From Promethearchaeia archaeon (GTDB lineage: Archaea > Asgardarchaeota > Lokiarchaeia > Sigyniarchaeales > SOKP01), in the NCBI GenBank assembly GCA_029856105.1, contig JAHQWH010000015.1, positions 1 to 64,000 on the forward strand: a stretch of 64,000 nt of DNA, given 5' to 3'. Every line of letters starts with the position of its first letter. Position 1 is the first letter of the stretch. A model generated the notes under the pieces. That model saw only the letters and a program-made list of their open reading frames with translations. It searched no databases and was not told the DNA's origin. A program made the translations under genes and the position numbers. This document shows, in pieces, positions 1 to 9,646 of the stretch.

Positions 1-272
1 CTCGAATTTTTATCATAGTTTTATTAGCACCAACAATGATAATTTTATGGATACTAACTGCATTTTTCTCAAAATCGAGAAAAAAGGGCTTTGAATTAGA
101 TAGAGAGATATTAAAACTGAAAAAAGAGTATCATGAATATTATCGTAAAGTACCATCTACTTCTACGATAAAAACTGTGGATACGATAAAGAAACCAAAT
201 TTTTGTCCTAATTGTGGTGGAAAATTTCCTCCTGAAGCGAAATTTTGCCCTAATTGTGGTTCAGAAATCTAG
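1..272 (+). CDS. Membrane protein with C-terminal zinc ribbon (5'-truncated by window edge); paralog of 556..1197
   Basis: Frame is open from base 3 (RIFIIVLLAPTMIILW...). Ends in FCPNCGGKFPPEAKFCPNCGSEI (two CxxC pairs). Near-identical to the C-terminal part of 556..1197. Confidence 0.85.
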   Translation, partial: RIFIIVLLAPTMIILWILTAFFSKSRKKGFELDREILKLKKEYHEYYRKVPSTSTIKTVDTIKKPNFCPNCGGKFPPEAKFCPNCGSEI

Positions 273-341
273 ATTCTTTTTTTTAATATTCAGTAAACCT
301 CTATTTATTTATAAAATTAAAAATAATCTTCAAAATTTTAG

Positions 342-482
342 TTTTATCAAGGATATATCAGATCACCTCATATCAAAAAAGAGTGTTTAAATTGCGAATA
401 TGAAGGTTGGGATAATTGTCCCGCGTGGAAACCAATTAGAGATAAATTATACGAACACGGATTCAGAAAAAGGAAAAAATAA
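342..482 (+). pseudogene. Start-less 3' remnant of a Cys-motif protein gene (C-terminus resembles 3517..4128)
   Basis: Between stops TAG(339-341) and TAA(480-482) it reads FYQGYIRSPHIKKECLNCEYEGWDNCPAWKPIRDKLYEHGFRKRKK. The pattern CxxCE..W..C....IR.KL matches CKKCEFQFKWGQCSGFEAIRNKL of 3517..4128. No ATG/GTG/TTG in frame. Confidence 0.55.
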
Positions 483-555
483 AAGTTTTCAAATACTATT
501 AATTAAAAATATTTGATATTTAATTAAAAGATATTATTTTTGAGAAGAAATTATT

Positions 556-1197
556 ATGTCAGTTCGCACAGCAGTATTAGAAGGAAGAATAAAACAATTA
601 GTTAAATCCGAATCGGGTAATTTAGCCTTCATGCTTGAAGACAATCAGGGTAATGTTCATTATTGTTTTTCAGCAGGAAAAAAGCCAATACTTAATTCAT
701 CAGACCGTCTTGTCCTGATTGGCTCTTATCTTTCAGGTAGCAAATTTAGAATTAGTTTTATTCTAAATAAAACAAAAAATACAGAAGAAAACTTAATAGA
801 AACAAAAAGTGATTGGACATACAAAGCTTCTTTAGTTTTAGCTATATTGGTTACATGCGGATTGTTATTATATCTCATTTTCAGGCCAGTTATGTTTCCT
901 TATGGGACTTATAGTTATGTTTATTCGATTATAATTACAATCATGTCAATAATTTTCTTTATACCATTAATGATAATTTTATGGATACTAACTGTAGTTT
1001 TCTCGAAATCGAGAAAAAAGGGCTCGGAATTAGATCGAGAGATATTAAGACTAAAAGAAGAGTATCATAGAAAAGTACCATCCACTTCCACAATAAAAAC
1101 TGTGGATACGATAACGAAACAAAATTTTTGCCCTAATTGTGGTGGAAAATTACCTGCTGAAGCAAAATTTTGCCCTAGTTGTGGTTCAGAATTCTAG
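556..1197 (+). CDS. Two-TM membrane protein with N-terminal OB-like region and C-terminal zinc ribbon
   Basis: Two hydrophobic helices; C-terminal CPNCG...CPSCG. Confidence 0.85.
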   Translation: MSVRTAVLEGRIKQLVKSESGNLAFMLEDNQGNVHYCFSAGKKPILNSSDRLVLIGSYLSGSKFRISFILNKTKNTEENLIETKSDWTYKASLVLAILVTCGLLLYLIFRPVMFPYGTYSYVYSIIITIMSIIFFIPLMIILWILTVVFSKSRKKGSELDREILRLKEEYHRKVPSTSTIKTVDTITKQNFCPNCGGKLPAEAKFCPSCGSEF

Positions 1198-1311
1198 ATT
1201 CTTTATTTCAATATTCATTGAACCTTCTATTTATTTAGAAAATTAAAAATGATTTTCCAAATTTTAGTCTTATTAATTAATAAAAATAATGAAAAGAAGT
1301 CTTATTTAGAG

Positions 1312-2682
1312 ATGGAAAAGAACGCTAGTTTAAAAGCAGATGATTGCCCTTTAAGGCCTAAATATCATTTTATCGGCCCAACCAATTGGATGAACGATCC
1401 TAACGGCCCCATTTACTATAAAGGAGAATATCATCTTTTTTATCAGCATAATCCTTATGGAGTGCAATGGGGAAATGTTCATTGGGGTCACGCGAAAAGT
1501 AAAGATCTAGTTCATTGGGAACATTTACCAATTGCATTAAGGCCTTCTGTAGATAAAGGTGAAACTCACTGTTTTTCCGGAAGTTGTATCGTTATTGACA
1601 ACACACCAACAATATTGTACACTAGTATAGGGCCTAGTAAACCACCAGCTACTGAAGCCGAACAATGGATTGCTACAAGCTCAGATGACATGGTGACTTG
1701 GCAAAAATACGATAATAATCCTGTTTTGACCCAAGAAATTCATAAGAAATTAGATGTAAGAGATTGGCGCGATCCTTTTGTATGGAAAGAAAGTAACGCA
1801 TGGTACGCTGTTTTAGGAGGGCACTTAATTAATCCAAGAAGACCTATAGTTTTACTTTATAAATCGTCGGACTTCTACACTTGGGAATTTATTGGTCCAT
1901 TGTGTATCGAAGATAGGAAGAAAGGTAAGAACTGGGAATGTCCAAATTTCTTTCCAATTAATGATAAATACATACTTATTGTATCCCCCCACAATAAAGT
2001 TATCTACGCTGTAGGAGATTATATTAATAATTACTTTACTCCAAATCATTGGTACACTTTAGATCAAGGTCGTTTGTTCTACGCAACCAACGTAATGAAG
2101 GACCCACATAATAGAATAATCTTATGGGCATGGATTCATGCTACGGGCGTTAAAGGCTGGAACGGTTGTTTGTCCTTACCACGAATACTGAGTTTAGGTC
2201 CAGATAACAAGTTAAGATACGCTCCATTACCTGAGCTCGAAAAATTGAGGAAAAAGCATTATAAATTTCGTAACATCGTGATTTCTCAAAACTCTAAGGC
2301 GATTTTAAAAAAAATTCGAAGTAAACATTTAGAAATCTCGATAAAGTTTGAATTACTTGATGCAAAGTCTTTTGGAATTCAATTATTTAATTCCAAATCT
2401 GTAATCCAAGCTGAATCAATCGGATTCGACCAATCAAATAATGTATTATGGTCTGGCAAAGATAAAGTTAATTTCATTCTTGAAAATATTAGTAGGAAAT
2501 TGAACTTGCATATATTTATTGACAATTCGATTATCGAAGTTTTTGCAAACCATCGTGAATGTATTACGGGTCAAATCATTTCCAAACGCAACTTACCGTT
2601 TGTTATTAACCTATTTGCAACAAGTGGAAAAGTGAAAGTGAATTCTCTCGATATTTGGGAATTAAATTCAATTTGGAAATAA
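1312..2682 (+). CDS. Glycoside hydrolase family 32 (beta-fructofuranosidase / sucrose-6-phosphate hydrolase-like)
   Basis: GH32 motifs WMNDPNG, FSGS, RDP and WECP. ATG 1312 is preferred over 1249, which lies in the duplicated noncoding tail. Confidence 0.93.
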   Translation: MEKNASLKADDCPLRPKYHFIGPTNWMNDPNGPIYYKGEYHLFYQHNPYGVQWGNVHWGHAKSKDLVHWEHLPIALRPSVDKGETHCFSGSCIVIDNTPTILYTSIGPSKPPATEAEQWIATSSDDMVTWQKYDNNPVLTQEIHKKLDVRDWRDPFVWKESNAWYAVLGGHLINPRRPIVLLYKSSDFYTWEFIGPLCIEDRKKGKNWECPNFFPINDKYILIVSPHNKVIYAVGDYINNYFTPNHWYTLDQGRLFYATNVMKDPHNRIILWAWIHATGVKGWNGCLSLPRILSLGPDNKLRYAPLPELEKLRKKHYKFRNIVISQNSKAILKKIRSKHLEISIKFELLDAKSFGIQLFNSKSVIQAESIGFDQSNNVLWSGKDKVNFILENISRKLNLHIFIDNSIIEVFANHRECITGQIISKRNLPFVINLFATSGKVKVNSLDIWELNSIWK

Positions 2683-2789
2683 TGTAATACCAACTTATTT
2701 TCTTAATATAAAAATTTAGTAATAATAAGTAACAGTTTTGACGAAAAGCACACAAATATTTTTAATAAACGATTAAAAAAGGAATATTG

Positions 2790-3059
2790 TTAGATGTAGC
2801 TTTCTTGGGCTTCAAGTTCGTCATATTCAATCTCTCGCAACCTCATTCTCACATCTCGAGGTGAGTACATATGTTTTAACAGACTAATTATAGTTTCATG
2901 TATGGATTCAAGATTATCGGTAGCGCATTGATAATATATATTATTCTCTAAAAGATTAATTTTAAAAATCTCTTCTAAGCCTGATAAAGATTCTCTTATT
3001 TTTTTATATTCTTCATCAAATACATCGTCAATATTTCTTTCATTTACTTTTACAGCCAT
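2790..3059 (-). CDS. Hypothetical small acidic helical protein
   Basis: 89-aa ORF with ATG and A-rich leader; no motif recognised. Confidence 0.65.
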   Translation of the reverse strand: MAVKVNERNIDDVFDEEYKKIRESLSGLEEIFKINLLENNIYYQCATDNLESIHETIISLLKHMYSPRDVRMRLREIEYDELEAQESYI

Positions 3060-3516
3060 TTTTCATCAAATCTATTTTTTTTTATGTTTCTATGATAGAA
3101 ATATGATTTTTAATATTTAAATCATGACTTTTTTCGCATGTTTTCGATCGTTATGGGAATTATTTCGGAAAATCAAAGTAACGAAAACGGAAATTGCATT
3201 ATCAATATCGTTAATCCTTTTTGATAAATAATGTTGATATGCAATAAAAGCACAAATCATCTATAAGTAAAAAAGTCATTTATATAACTTTATTGTAATT
3301 TTTAAGTATTCTTTTGACTAAAATCCAACAATTTTATTAAGTAATGATTGTTTTTAGTAATTTTTCCATCGATTTAGATTAGCGCTCTAATCTTGCTTCT
3401 TCAAGCAAATTTTGATGATAACAATTTTTTTATTTGAACTAAGACATGGTCTTTATAGGATGGTTCACATATCTTTTGTAACTAATTTCTAACGATTAAA
3501 TCTATTTATCGATATT

Positions 3517-4128
3517 ATGAAAGGTAAAGAGAAAAAAAGGAGTAAGTTATCAGAAACTTTCTTAGTTATTAAGAGCTTTGGTTCGTTTTTTCTTAGGCAC
3601 CACCCAGAATGCGAGAATTTCAAGGGACACGCAATTAAACTTGGCAAATACGAATTTTGCATTGGGTGTTTTATAGGATATCCTACTTCGTTCATATCGA
3701 TAATAATTCTTGGAGTTTTTAAACTAACTGAATCAATTCCTTCAAATTATCTAATAATTTTTGGTATTTTGTTTATGTTAACCTTTTTTCTGAGCTTAAC
3801 AGGAGCAACGAAAATTAAAATTATAAAAATTATTCAAAAAATATTTATAGGATTTGGTTCAGCTTTGATATATTGGGGGATTTTTTCTCTTGATTTTTCT
3901 GATTCTACAAATTTTATAATCTTTATTTTAGTTTTTAGTTCTATCATTACTTTTTTAAACATTTATCACGCATATGGGTTATACAAAACGTGTAAAAAAT
4001 GTGAGTTTCAATTTAAATGGGGTCAGTGTTCCGGTTTTGAAGCTATTAGAAATAAATTGAAAAAATATGACCTTCCAGATCTTATAGTGGATATTGAATT
4101 TCGTTCAAAAAGCAGAAAGGAAAAATAA
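3517..4128 (+). CDS. Cys/His-motif membrane protein (DUF2085-like)
   Basis: HHPEC...CIGC, four TM segments, then CKKC...C. Confidence 0.7.
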   Translation: MKGKEKKRSKLSETFLVIKSFGSFFLRHHPECENFKGHAIKLGKYEFCIGCFIGYPTSFISIIILGVFKLTESIPSNYLIIFGILFMLTFFLSLTGATKIKIIKIIQKIFIGFGSALIYWGIFSLDFSDSTNFIIFILVFSSIITFLNIYHAYGLYKTCKKCEFQFKWGQCSGFEAIRNKLKKYDLPDLIVDIEFRSKSRKEK

Positions 4129-4167
4129 GATTAATTTATAATTTCGTTTTTGTTAATGTGGGATTCC

Positions 4168-5361
4168 TTACTCTTTGTTTATTGCATTTATAGATTTATA
4201 TCTTGAAGGTAAATTCAGAACCCAATCTGCAGCCTTTTGAATTAAGAATGAAAATAGAAAGATAAAAGGAACAAGTAATAAAACTAAATAGAGGTTATCA
4301 CGCTCACGTATATCTATCTGTAAAACATTTGTTAAGGTAAATGTATATATAATAAGAAAAACTCTGTGGAAGAGATATACACTGTAAGTCGAATAAGCTA
4401 TTATCGAAAATATCGAGCTTACTTTCTTTTTAGGGAATAGCACTCTAAGAGTTCCTATAAAAAAATAAAATAAAGGAATTGTAAAAACAATATAGAAAAT
4501 AATTATTAGATCCACTAATAGTATCGCAGAGGCAGAATCAATAAAGCCAGGTTGTTGATCTAAAATTAAGCGCAGATGATTTGTTCCATATTTTAAATTG
4601 AATGTGGTATAACATAATTGTGCTAATAACAGATATATTACAAAACTTAAAACTGCAAAACATAATGCAAGGATTAACGGGATAGCCTTTTGCCTATCTT
4701 TTAGCTTTTCTTTAATTCGATTAAACAGTGGTGAAGTGTAAATATTAGCTGCAATAATCCCTAAAATGAAAATAAGATAATAATAGAAAAAACGATATTC
4801 AATAAGACCAAAAAATACGTTAAGAAATGCAAACAAAAACAGAATAACTATAGAAGCGGGTATAATTCTTTTAATCGAACCCATAAAACTTAATATTATA
4901 AAAATTAAATAATAAATTACGATAATGCCTATAAACCAAAGAGTTAATATGGGAGAACCAAATAACGGAGCAACAATCATTTGCATTCCGAAAACATGGG
5001 CCAGTATATATAAAAAGTCGATGTCTAAATACTCAAGAAAAATAAGAAATAAGAATAACGCAATCCAGTAGAGTGGGAAAATTCTTAAAAATCTTTTTTT
5101 TAGAAACGTAAATAGTTTTTCAAATGTATTAATCTTCCTATTATTTTTATTTAAATAAAGTCCGAATCCTGAAAGGAAAACAAAGGATCCCATGGCAACC
5201 TTAATTCCTAGGGTATGAAATAAAAAAATAGTATATGGTTCTGATTCAATATAGTAACTATAGGCATAATCATTTGGAATATGAATTAATATCATTACGA
5301 TTAGAATAGAAATTATTCGAAGAATATCTAGTTCAGGCAACCGTTCATCTTTCATAATCAA
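4168..5361 (-). CDS. Acyltransferase family 3 (OafA-like) membrane O-acyltransferase
   Basis: LDILR...H, FVFLSGF, KRFLRIFPLYW, LWFI and YSVYLFH motifs; about 10 TM helices. Confidence 0.88.
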   Translation of the reverse strand: MIMKDERLPELDILRIISILIVMILIHIPNDYAYSYYIESEPYTIFLFHTLGIKVAMGSFVFLSGFGLYLNKNNRKINTFEKLFTFLKKRFLRIFPLYWIALFLFLIFLEYLDIDFLYILAHVFGMQMIVAPLFGSPILTLWFIGIIVIYYLIFIILSFMGSIKRIIPASIVILFLFAFLNVFFGLIEYRFFYYYLIFILGIIAANIYTSPLFNRIKEKLKDRQKAIPLILALCFAVLSFVIYLLLAQLCYTTFNLKYGTNHLRLILDQQPGFIDSASAILLVDLIIIFYIVFTIPLFYFFIGTLRVLFPKKKVSSIFSIIAYSTYSVYLFHRVFLIIYTFTLTNVLQIDIRERDNLYLVLLLVPFIFLFSFLIQKAADWVLNLPSRYKSINAINKE

Positions 5362-5501
5362 CTAACCGAACATTTGAAAAGTAAATTATATTTTTTTTAT
5401 GGATGTCATCTAATAAATTTAATTGAAAAAAATCTATTTATATACGCTTGAAAAGGTATTTGGGTTATAGAAGATTAGAAAATATTTTATATGTAATATT
5501 T

Positions 5502-6590
5502 TTATTTTAATAAAATATCCCAATCAAGATGTTCTTTTACGAGTTTCAAAACAAGTTTGATTTCTTCCTCTTGAATTCCGGGTCTTACGCGTTCCATGTT
5601 CCTTATTGTTGTGTAGGTGTCAGATGGACTTAAGATTATGGGTATCTTTTTCTCGTTTGCCGCGTATATTACTTTAGCATCGGGTTGTATAAAACCTGTC
5701 AAGATCAACGCCAAAACATTTTCTTCGATGGCTGCTAAAGCAATATCTGGACGATCTCCTCCTGTGATTACTACTACTTTTTTTACTGAATGTAAGTATT
5801 TTAAGGCAGATTGGACGTTCATTGCAACTATAAGATATGTCTCCACGATAGAATTTAACCCTTCAATTGCCGAATGATTTATAAGTTCGCCACCGATGGC
5901 TTCCATTAACTCTGATACCCTTGGGGACAACAACTCTAAACTCTTTTGGATGAGACCAATTATTGGAATCTTATAGCGTTTAATATGATTTTCCTCTAGT
6001 TCTTCAATCCGCGCTTTATAATCGTAGTCAATCTTGTTAAATATAACTCCTTTTATCTTTATATTCCTAAATTCAAAATACTTCTTCGCGAAAAACAAAT
6101 TATCAATGCATTTATCGGACGATTCTGTTTGAATAAAAACTAATTCGTTGATTCCTAGAGCTTGGGCAACTGTAATATCGTCCAACCCAACTCGGATGTA
6201 TTTCTTGATACTTGGCGCCCCTTCGATAATTATGTAATCGTATGATTTACTCAACTCGACATGCGCGTTTTTAATTATTTGGAGATTGTCTTCTTTTTTA
6301 GTTGCATCGATTAAATCGACGTAGTAACAATCTGGAATTGATACAGGACTAATGATATCGTACGGTAAGGTAGTTTTAAAAATTGTATTTTGAATAAACC
6401 CAACGTCTCTATCAGCTTTATCCGAAAAAGCTCCTTTTGGAATGCCAATTGGTTTAAAATAAGCAACTTTTTTACCTTCTTCTTGTAACTTTGACATGAT
6501 TCCAATCGCTAAAAGGCTTTTTCCAACATGTTCTCGCAATGAACATAAATATATTGATTTTACCATTTTTGATTCCTTTTTTCTTTTCAA
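5502..6590 (-). CDS. Phosphotransacetylase N-terminal-like protein (BioD-like P-loop + DRTGG domain)
   Basis: VGKS, YFKPIG, IIEG and VITGGDRPDI motifs; lacks the PTA catalytic domain; adjacent to ACD. Confidence 0.85.
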   Translation of the reverse strand: MKRKKESKMVKSIYLCSLREHVGKSLLAIGIMSKLQEEGKKVAYFKPIGIPKGAFSDKADRDVGFIQNTIFKTTLPYDIISPVSIPDCYYVDLIDATKKEDNLQIIKNAHVELSKSYDYIIIEGAPSIKKYIRVGLDDITVAQALGINELVFIQTESSDKCIDNLFFAKKYFEFRNIKIKGVIFNKIDYDYKARIEELEENHIKRYKIPIIGLIQKSLELLSPRVSELMEAIGGELINHSAIEGLNSIVETYLIVAMNVQSALKYLHSVKKVVVITGGDRPDIALAAIEENVLALILTGFIQPDAKVIYAANEKKIPIILSPSDTYTTIRNMERVRPGIQEEEIKLVLKLVKEHLDWDILLK

Positions 6591-6629
6591 ATTTTATTAT
6601 ATTATTAATTTTTTATATTTTCTGATATT

Positions 6630-8801
6630 TCATTCTCGTGATATTGTTATTTTAATGTCTACCGCGGAATAACCTTCAATAAAACTTAAAAGGGGGTTGA
6701 TGTCTAATTCCATTATATCCGGGAAGTCATTAACTAATTGTGAAAGGCGTAATAGAACTTCAATAATTGATTCGATGTCTGACGAGCTTTCGCCGCGTAC
6801 TCCTTGTAAAAGACTAAAGATCTTTGTTTTTTGAAGCATTTCTGCTGCGTTGTCTCTAGTAAACTTGTAAGATAAAGCAAAGGAAACATCTTTAAGAAAA
6901 TTAGCATAAATTCCACCAGATCCAATCATAATTAACGGTCCAAATTGGGCATCTCGCGACATACCAATAATTAACTCGTTAACTTTCTTTTCTTGTTCAA
7001 AACTTACCATTTCTTGTATTTCTACGCCGTAAATTTTGACATTTTGTGGACCAAACTTTTTTGCATTATCAACTATTTGAATGAACGCTTCAAAAGCTTT
7101 CTCTGGACTATCGATGTTTAAAATTATCCCCCCAACATCCGTTTTATGTACTATTTGGGGGCTTGCGATTTTCATTACTGAATTTCCAATTTCTTTTTGG
7201 TATACCATTGCTTCTCGGGGTGTTTTTCCTAACCTTGACTTTGGAGAATGTATACCGTAACATTCAAAAACTTCGCTTGTCTCGTAGCTTAAAAGAACCG
7301 TTCTCTCATCATTTCTTACGCTATTAAATATCTCTTTAACTCTTTCTTTTTGAACATCATATTTTGGAATTTCTATAGCATCAAGAGCAGTTTTATTTAA
7401 AAATTGGTTGTATTTGACTAATGCTTTAAGAGATTGAGCAGCTCTCTCTGGGAAAGGATAGCAAGGAATATGATGTTGCTTTAAATATTTTGTTGCCTCA
7501 ACCATGGAAACTCCCCCTATAAGGGAACAAACAAGTGGTTTATTTTGTAAGTGTTTTGACGATATTTCATACACTAATTTGGCCACATCGTATGGCTGCG
7601 TTTGTGCTTGTGGGCTCATTATGATAAGAGCCCCATAAGTAGTAACGTCTTCTTCTTTTACTGTTTCATGGCTGGCATCATTATTTAAACCAAAAACAGT
7701 TTTTATAGTAAATTCATACCTATCTGGAGTAGCGTCTCCAATTATATCTACAGGATTAAATATTGCTGCCTCTGCTGGTAAATTCTCTCGCAACATGTGC
7801 AATATTGGTTCGGTAAATTGGGCAAATTTAAGCTCTTCGCGCTCAAATGCGTCAGTAGCTATTATTCCCGGACCACCTGCGTTAGTTATGATTGCAAAGG
7901 AGTTTTTATTAGGGATTGGTTGAAATAAAAAGATTTCTCCGTAATCAAAAAGGTCAGCTATTGTTTTTGCTCTTAAAACTCCACATTTGTGAAAAGCTAA
8001 TTCGTATGCGATATCAGACCCGGCTAACGCTCCAGTGTGACTTGAAGCTGCCCTAGCGCCAGCATCGCTAACTCCAGCTTTCAATATAATAATTGGTTTT
8101 TTCCTTGCTGCTTTAGATACAACTCTTAGGAACTTTTCTCCTTCTTCTATGCTTTCTAAATAGCATAAAATTACAGAAGTATTATCATCGTTCGCTAAAT
8201 ATTCAATAAAATCAACTTCGTCCATATCTGCTTTATTTCCTAAACTTATATTGCAAGAAAAACCAAAAGCTTGATCCATTGAGAAATCCATAAACGACGT
8301 GAGAAAGGCACCAGATTGAGAAATCATAGCGATGCGTCCCTTTTTGGGAGTGTTAGCTGCAAACGAACCATTGTAAGACATCCCGATAAATCCTAAACAA
8401 TTTGGACCTATAATTCTCATACCATACTTATTTGCAACTTTAATTAGCTCTTGTTCACGAGTTATTCCTTCGCCCCCGATCTCTTTAAAACCGGCGGTGA
8501 TAACAACTAAGCCCTTTATTCCTTTCTTTCCACATTCTTCTGAGATGGAATTAACAAACTTACTAGGAATAACTAATAATGCTATGTCAATATCTTCTGG
8601 TACGTTTAAAACGCTCTTATAAGCCTTATATCCCAATATTTCTTTAGTTTTTGGATTAATAGGAAAAATTTTTCCAGAATACTTTGATTCAATGATATTT
8701 TTCAAAACATTATAACCTACTTTACCAGGCGTAGCACTGGCGCCTATAACTGCAATGCTTTTAGGGTTGAAGAAATAAGAAATATCGGAAGTATCATTCA
8801 T
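6630..8801 (-). CDS. acd: Acetate--CoA ligase (ADP-forming), fused alpha/beta
   Basis: SIAVIGAS, GPNCLG, SQSG, ASSHTGALAG (phospho-His), HKTDVGG and ELDINP motifs. Confidence 0.93.
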   Translation of the reverse strand: MNDTSDISYFFNPKSIAVIGASATPGKVGYNVLKNIIESKYSGKIFPINPKTKEILGYKAYKSVLNVPEDIDIALLVIPSKFVNSISEECGKKGIKGLVVITAGFKEIGGEGITREQELIKVANKYGMRIIGPNCLGFIGMSYNGSFAANTPKKGRIAMISQSGAFLTSFMDFSMDQAFGFSCNISLGNKADMDEVDFIEYLANDDNTSVILCYLESIEEGEKFLRVVSKAARKKPIIILKAGVSDAGARAASSHTGALAGSDIAYELAFHKCGVLRAKTIADLFDYGEIFLFQPIPNKNSFAIITNAGGPGIIATDAFEREELKFAQFTEPILHMLRENLPAEAAIFNPVDIIGDATPDRYEFTIKTVFGLNNDASHETVKEEDVTTYGALIIMSPQAQTQPYDVAKLVYEISSKHLQNKPLVCSLIGGVSMVEATKYLKQHHIPCYPFPERAAQSLKALVKYNQFLNKTALDAIEIPKYDVQKERVKEIFNSVRNDERTVLLSYETSEVFECYGIHSPKSRLGKTPREAMVYQKEIGNSVMKIASPQIVHKTDVGGIILNIDSPEKAFEAFIQIVDNAKKFGPQNVKIYGVEIQEMVSFEQEKKVNELIIGMSRDAQFGPLIMIGSGGIYANFLKDVSFALSYKFTRDNAAEMLQKTKIFSLLQGVRGESSSDIESIIEVLLRLSQLVNDFPDIMELDINPLLSFIEGYSAVDIKITISRE

Positions 8802-8920
8802 TTTTGCATTGACGCTAAATGATTTTAAGTTTAATTACATAAGTATTTTATAACTTTTATAAGGTTTCTAAAGTATTTTTTAATAAATATTTTTAGCAAT
8901 AACTCACTAAAACATATATT

Positions 8921-9400
8921 ATGACTGAAATAAAAATAATTACTACTAAAGGAACTATAAATCTTTCGATGTTTGACGACGACGCTCCCCTCACTGTTGC
9001 GAGCTTTTTATACTTAGCTAAGCGAGGTTATTACGATGGATTGACATTTCACCGCGTTATTCAAGACTTTATGATACAAGGGGGTTGTCCCACTGGTACA
9101 GGAATGCACGGACCAAAACAAAAGGGAATAAATTCCTTTCCATTTCAAGGAAAAGACGTATCTTACCCTTTTTCGGACGAGTTTCAATCGAGGAGAACTT
9201 TTGATAAACCTGGTATCTTAGCAATGGCAAATGCAGGACCAGGCACAAACGGGTCTCAATTTTTCATAACTCACGTTCCTACAACACATTTGAATAATAA
9301 GCATACCATATTTGGAGCAATAATAGGTTCCGAAGATCAGAAAATTGTTGATTCTATTCAGAAGGGAGATAAAATTCAAAAAATTGAAATTTTAGTTTAG
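8921..9400 (+). CDS. ppi: Cyclophilin-type peptidyl-prolyl cis-trans isomerase
   Basis: FHRVIQDFMIQGG, LAMANAGPGTNGSQFFIT and HTIFG motifs. Confidence 0.96.
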   Translation: MTEIKIITTKGTINLSMFDDDAPLTVASFLYLAKRGYYDGLTFHRVIQDFMIQGGCPTGTGMHGPKQKGINSFPFQGKDVSYPFSDEFQSRRTFDKPGILAMANAGPGTNGSQFFITHVPTTHLNNKHTIFGAIIGSEDQKIVDSIQKGDKIQKIEILV

Positions 9401-9646
9401 TTTTTTTTTTTTATTTTACTTTGTACCTGATATTTAATTACTAATCGTAGGATTAATCACTATATTATTTGTTCTCACATTTAAAGATTATATGAAATCC
9501 ATCTAAAAGGGTCTTTATTATTTAAAACACATGTATAATATCTTTTTTAAATATTACGATCAAAAACCTTAAACCAAATTAAGGAAAGATTTATTAGCCA
9601 AAACCTTTATTAATAATTCAAATTAGAACATTAATACGCTATTAAA

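Larger units (their letters stand above)
30..1278 (+). repeat. Tandem gene duplication (30-350 similar to ~965-1278)
   Basis: Coding 3' ends and ~80 bp of downstream noncoding DNA are shared (e.g. tctatttatttataaaattaaaaat vs tctatttatttagaaaattaaaaat). Confidence 0.85.

Noticed and set aside
1249-1311. ORF-track N-terminal extension of the GH32 gene
   Set aside because: It begins in the duplicated noncoding tail of the upstream gene; ATG 1312 fits the family better.
5502-8801. DRTGG/Pta-N protein next to ACD as a novel pairing
   Set aside because: This adjacency is already known in other archaea.
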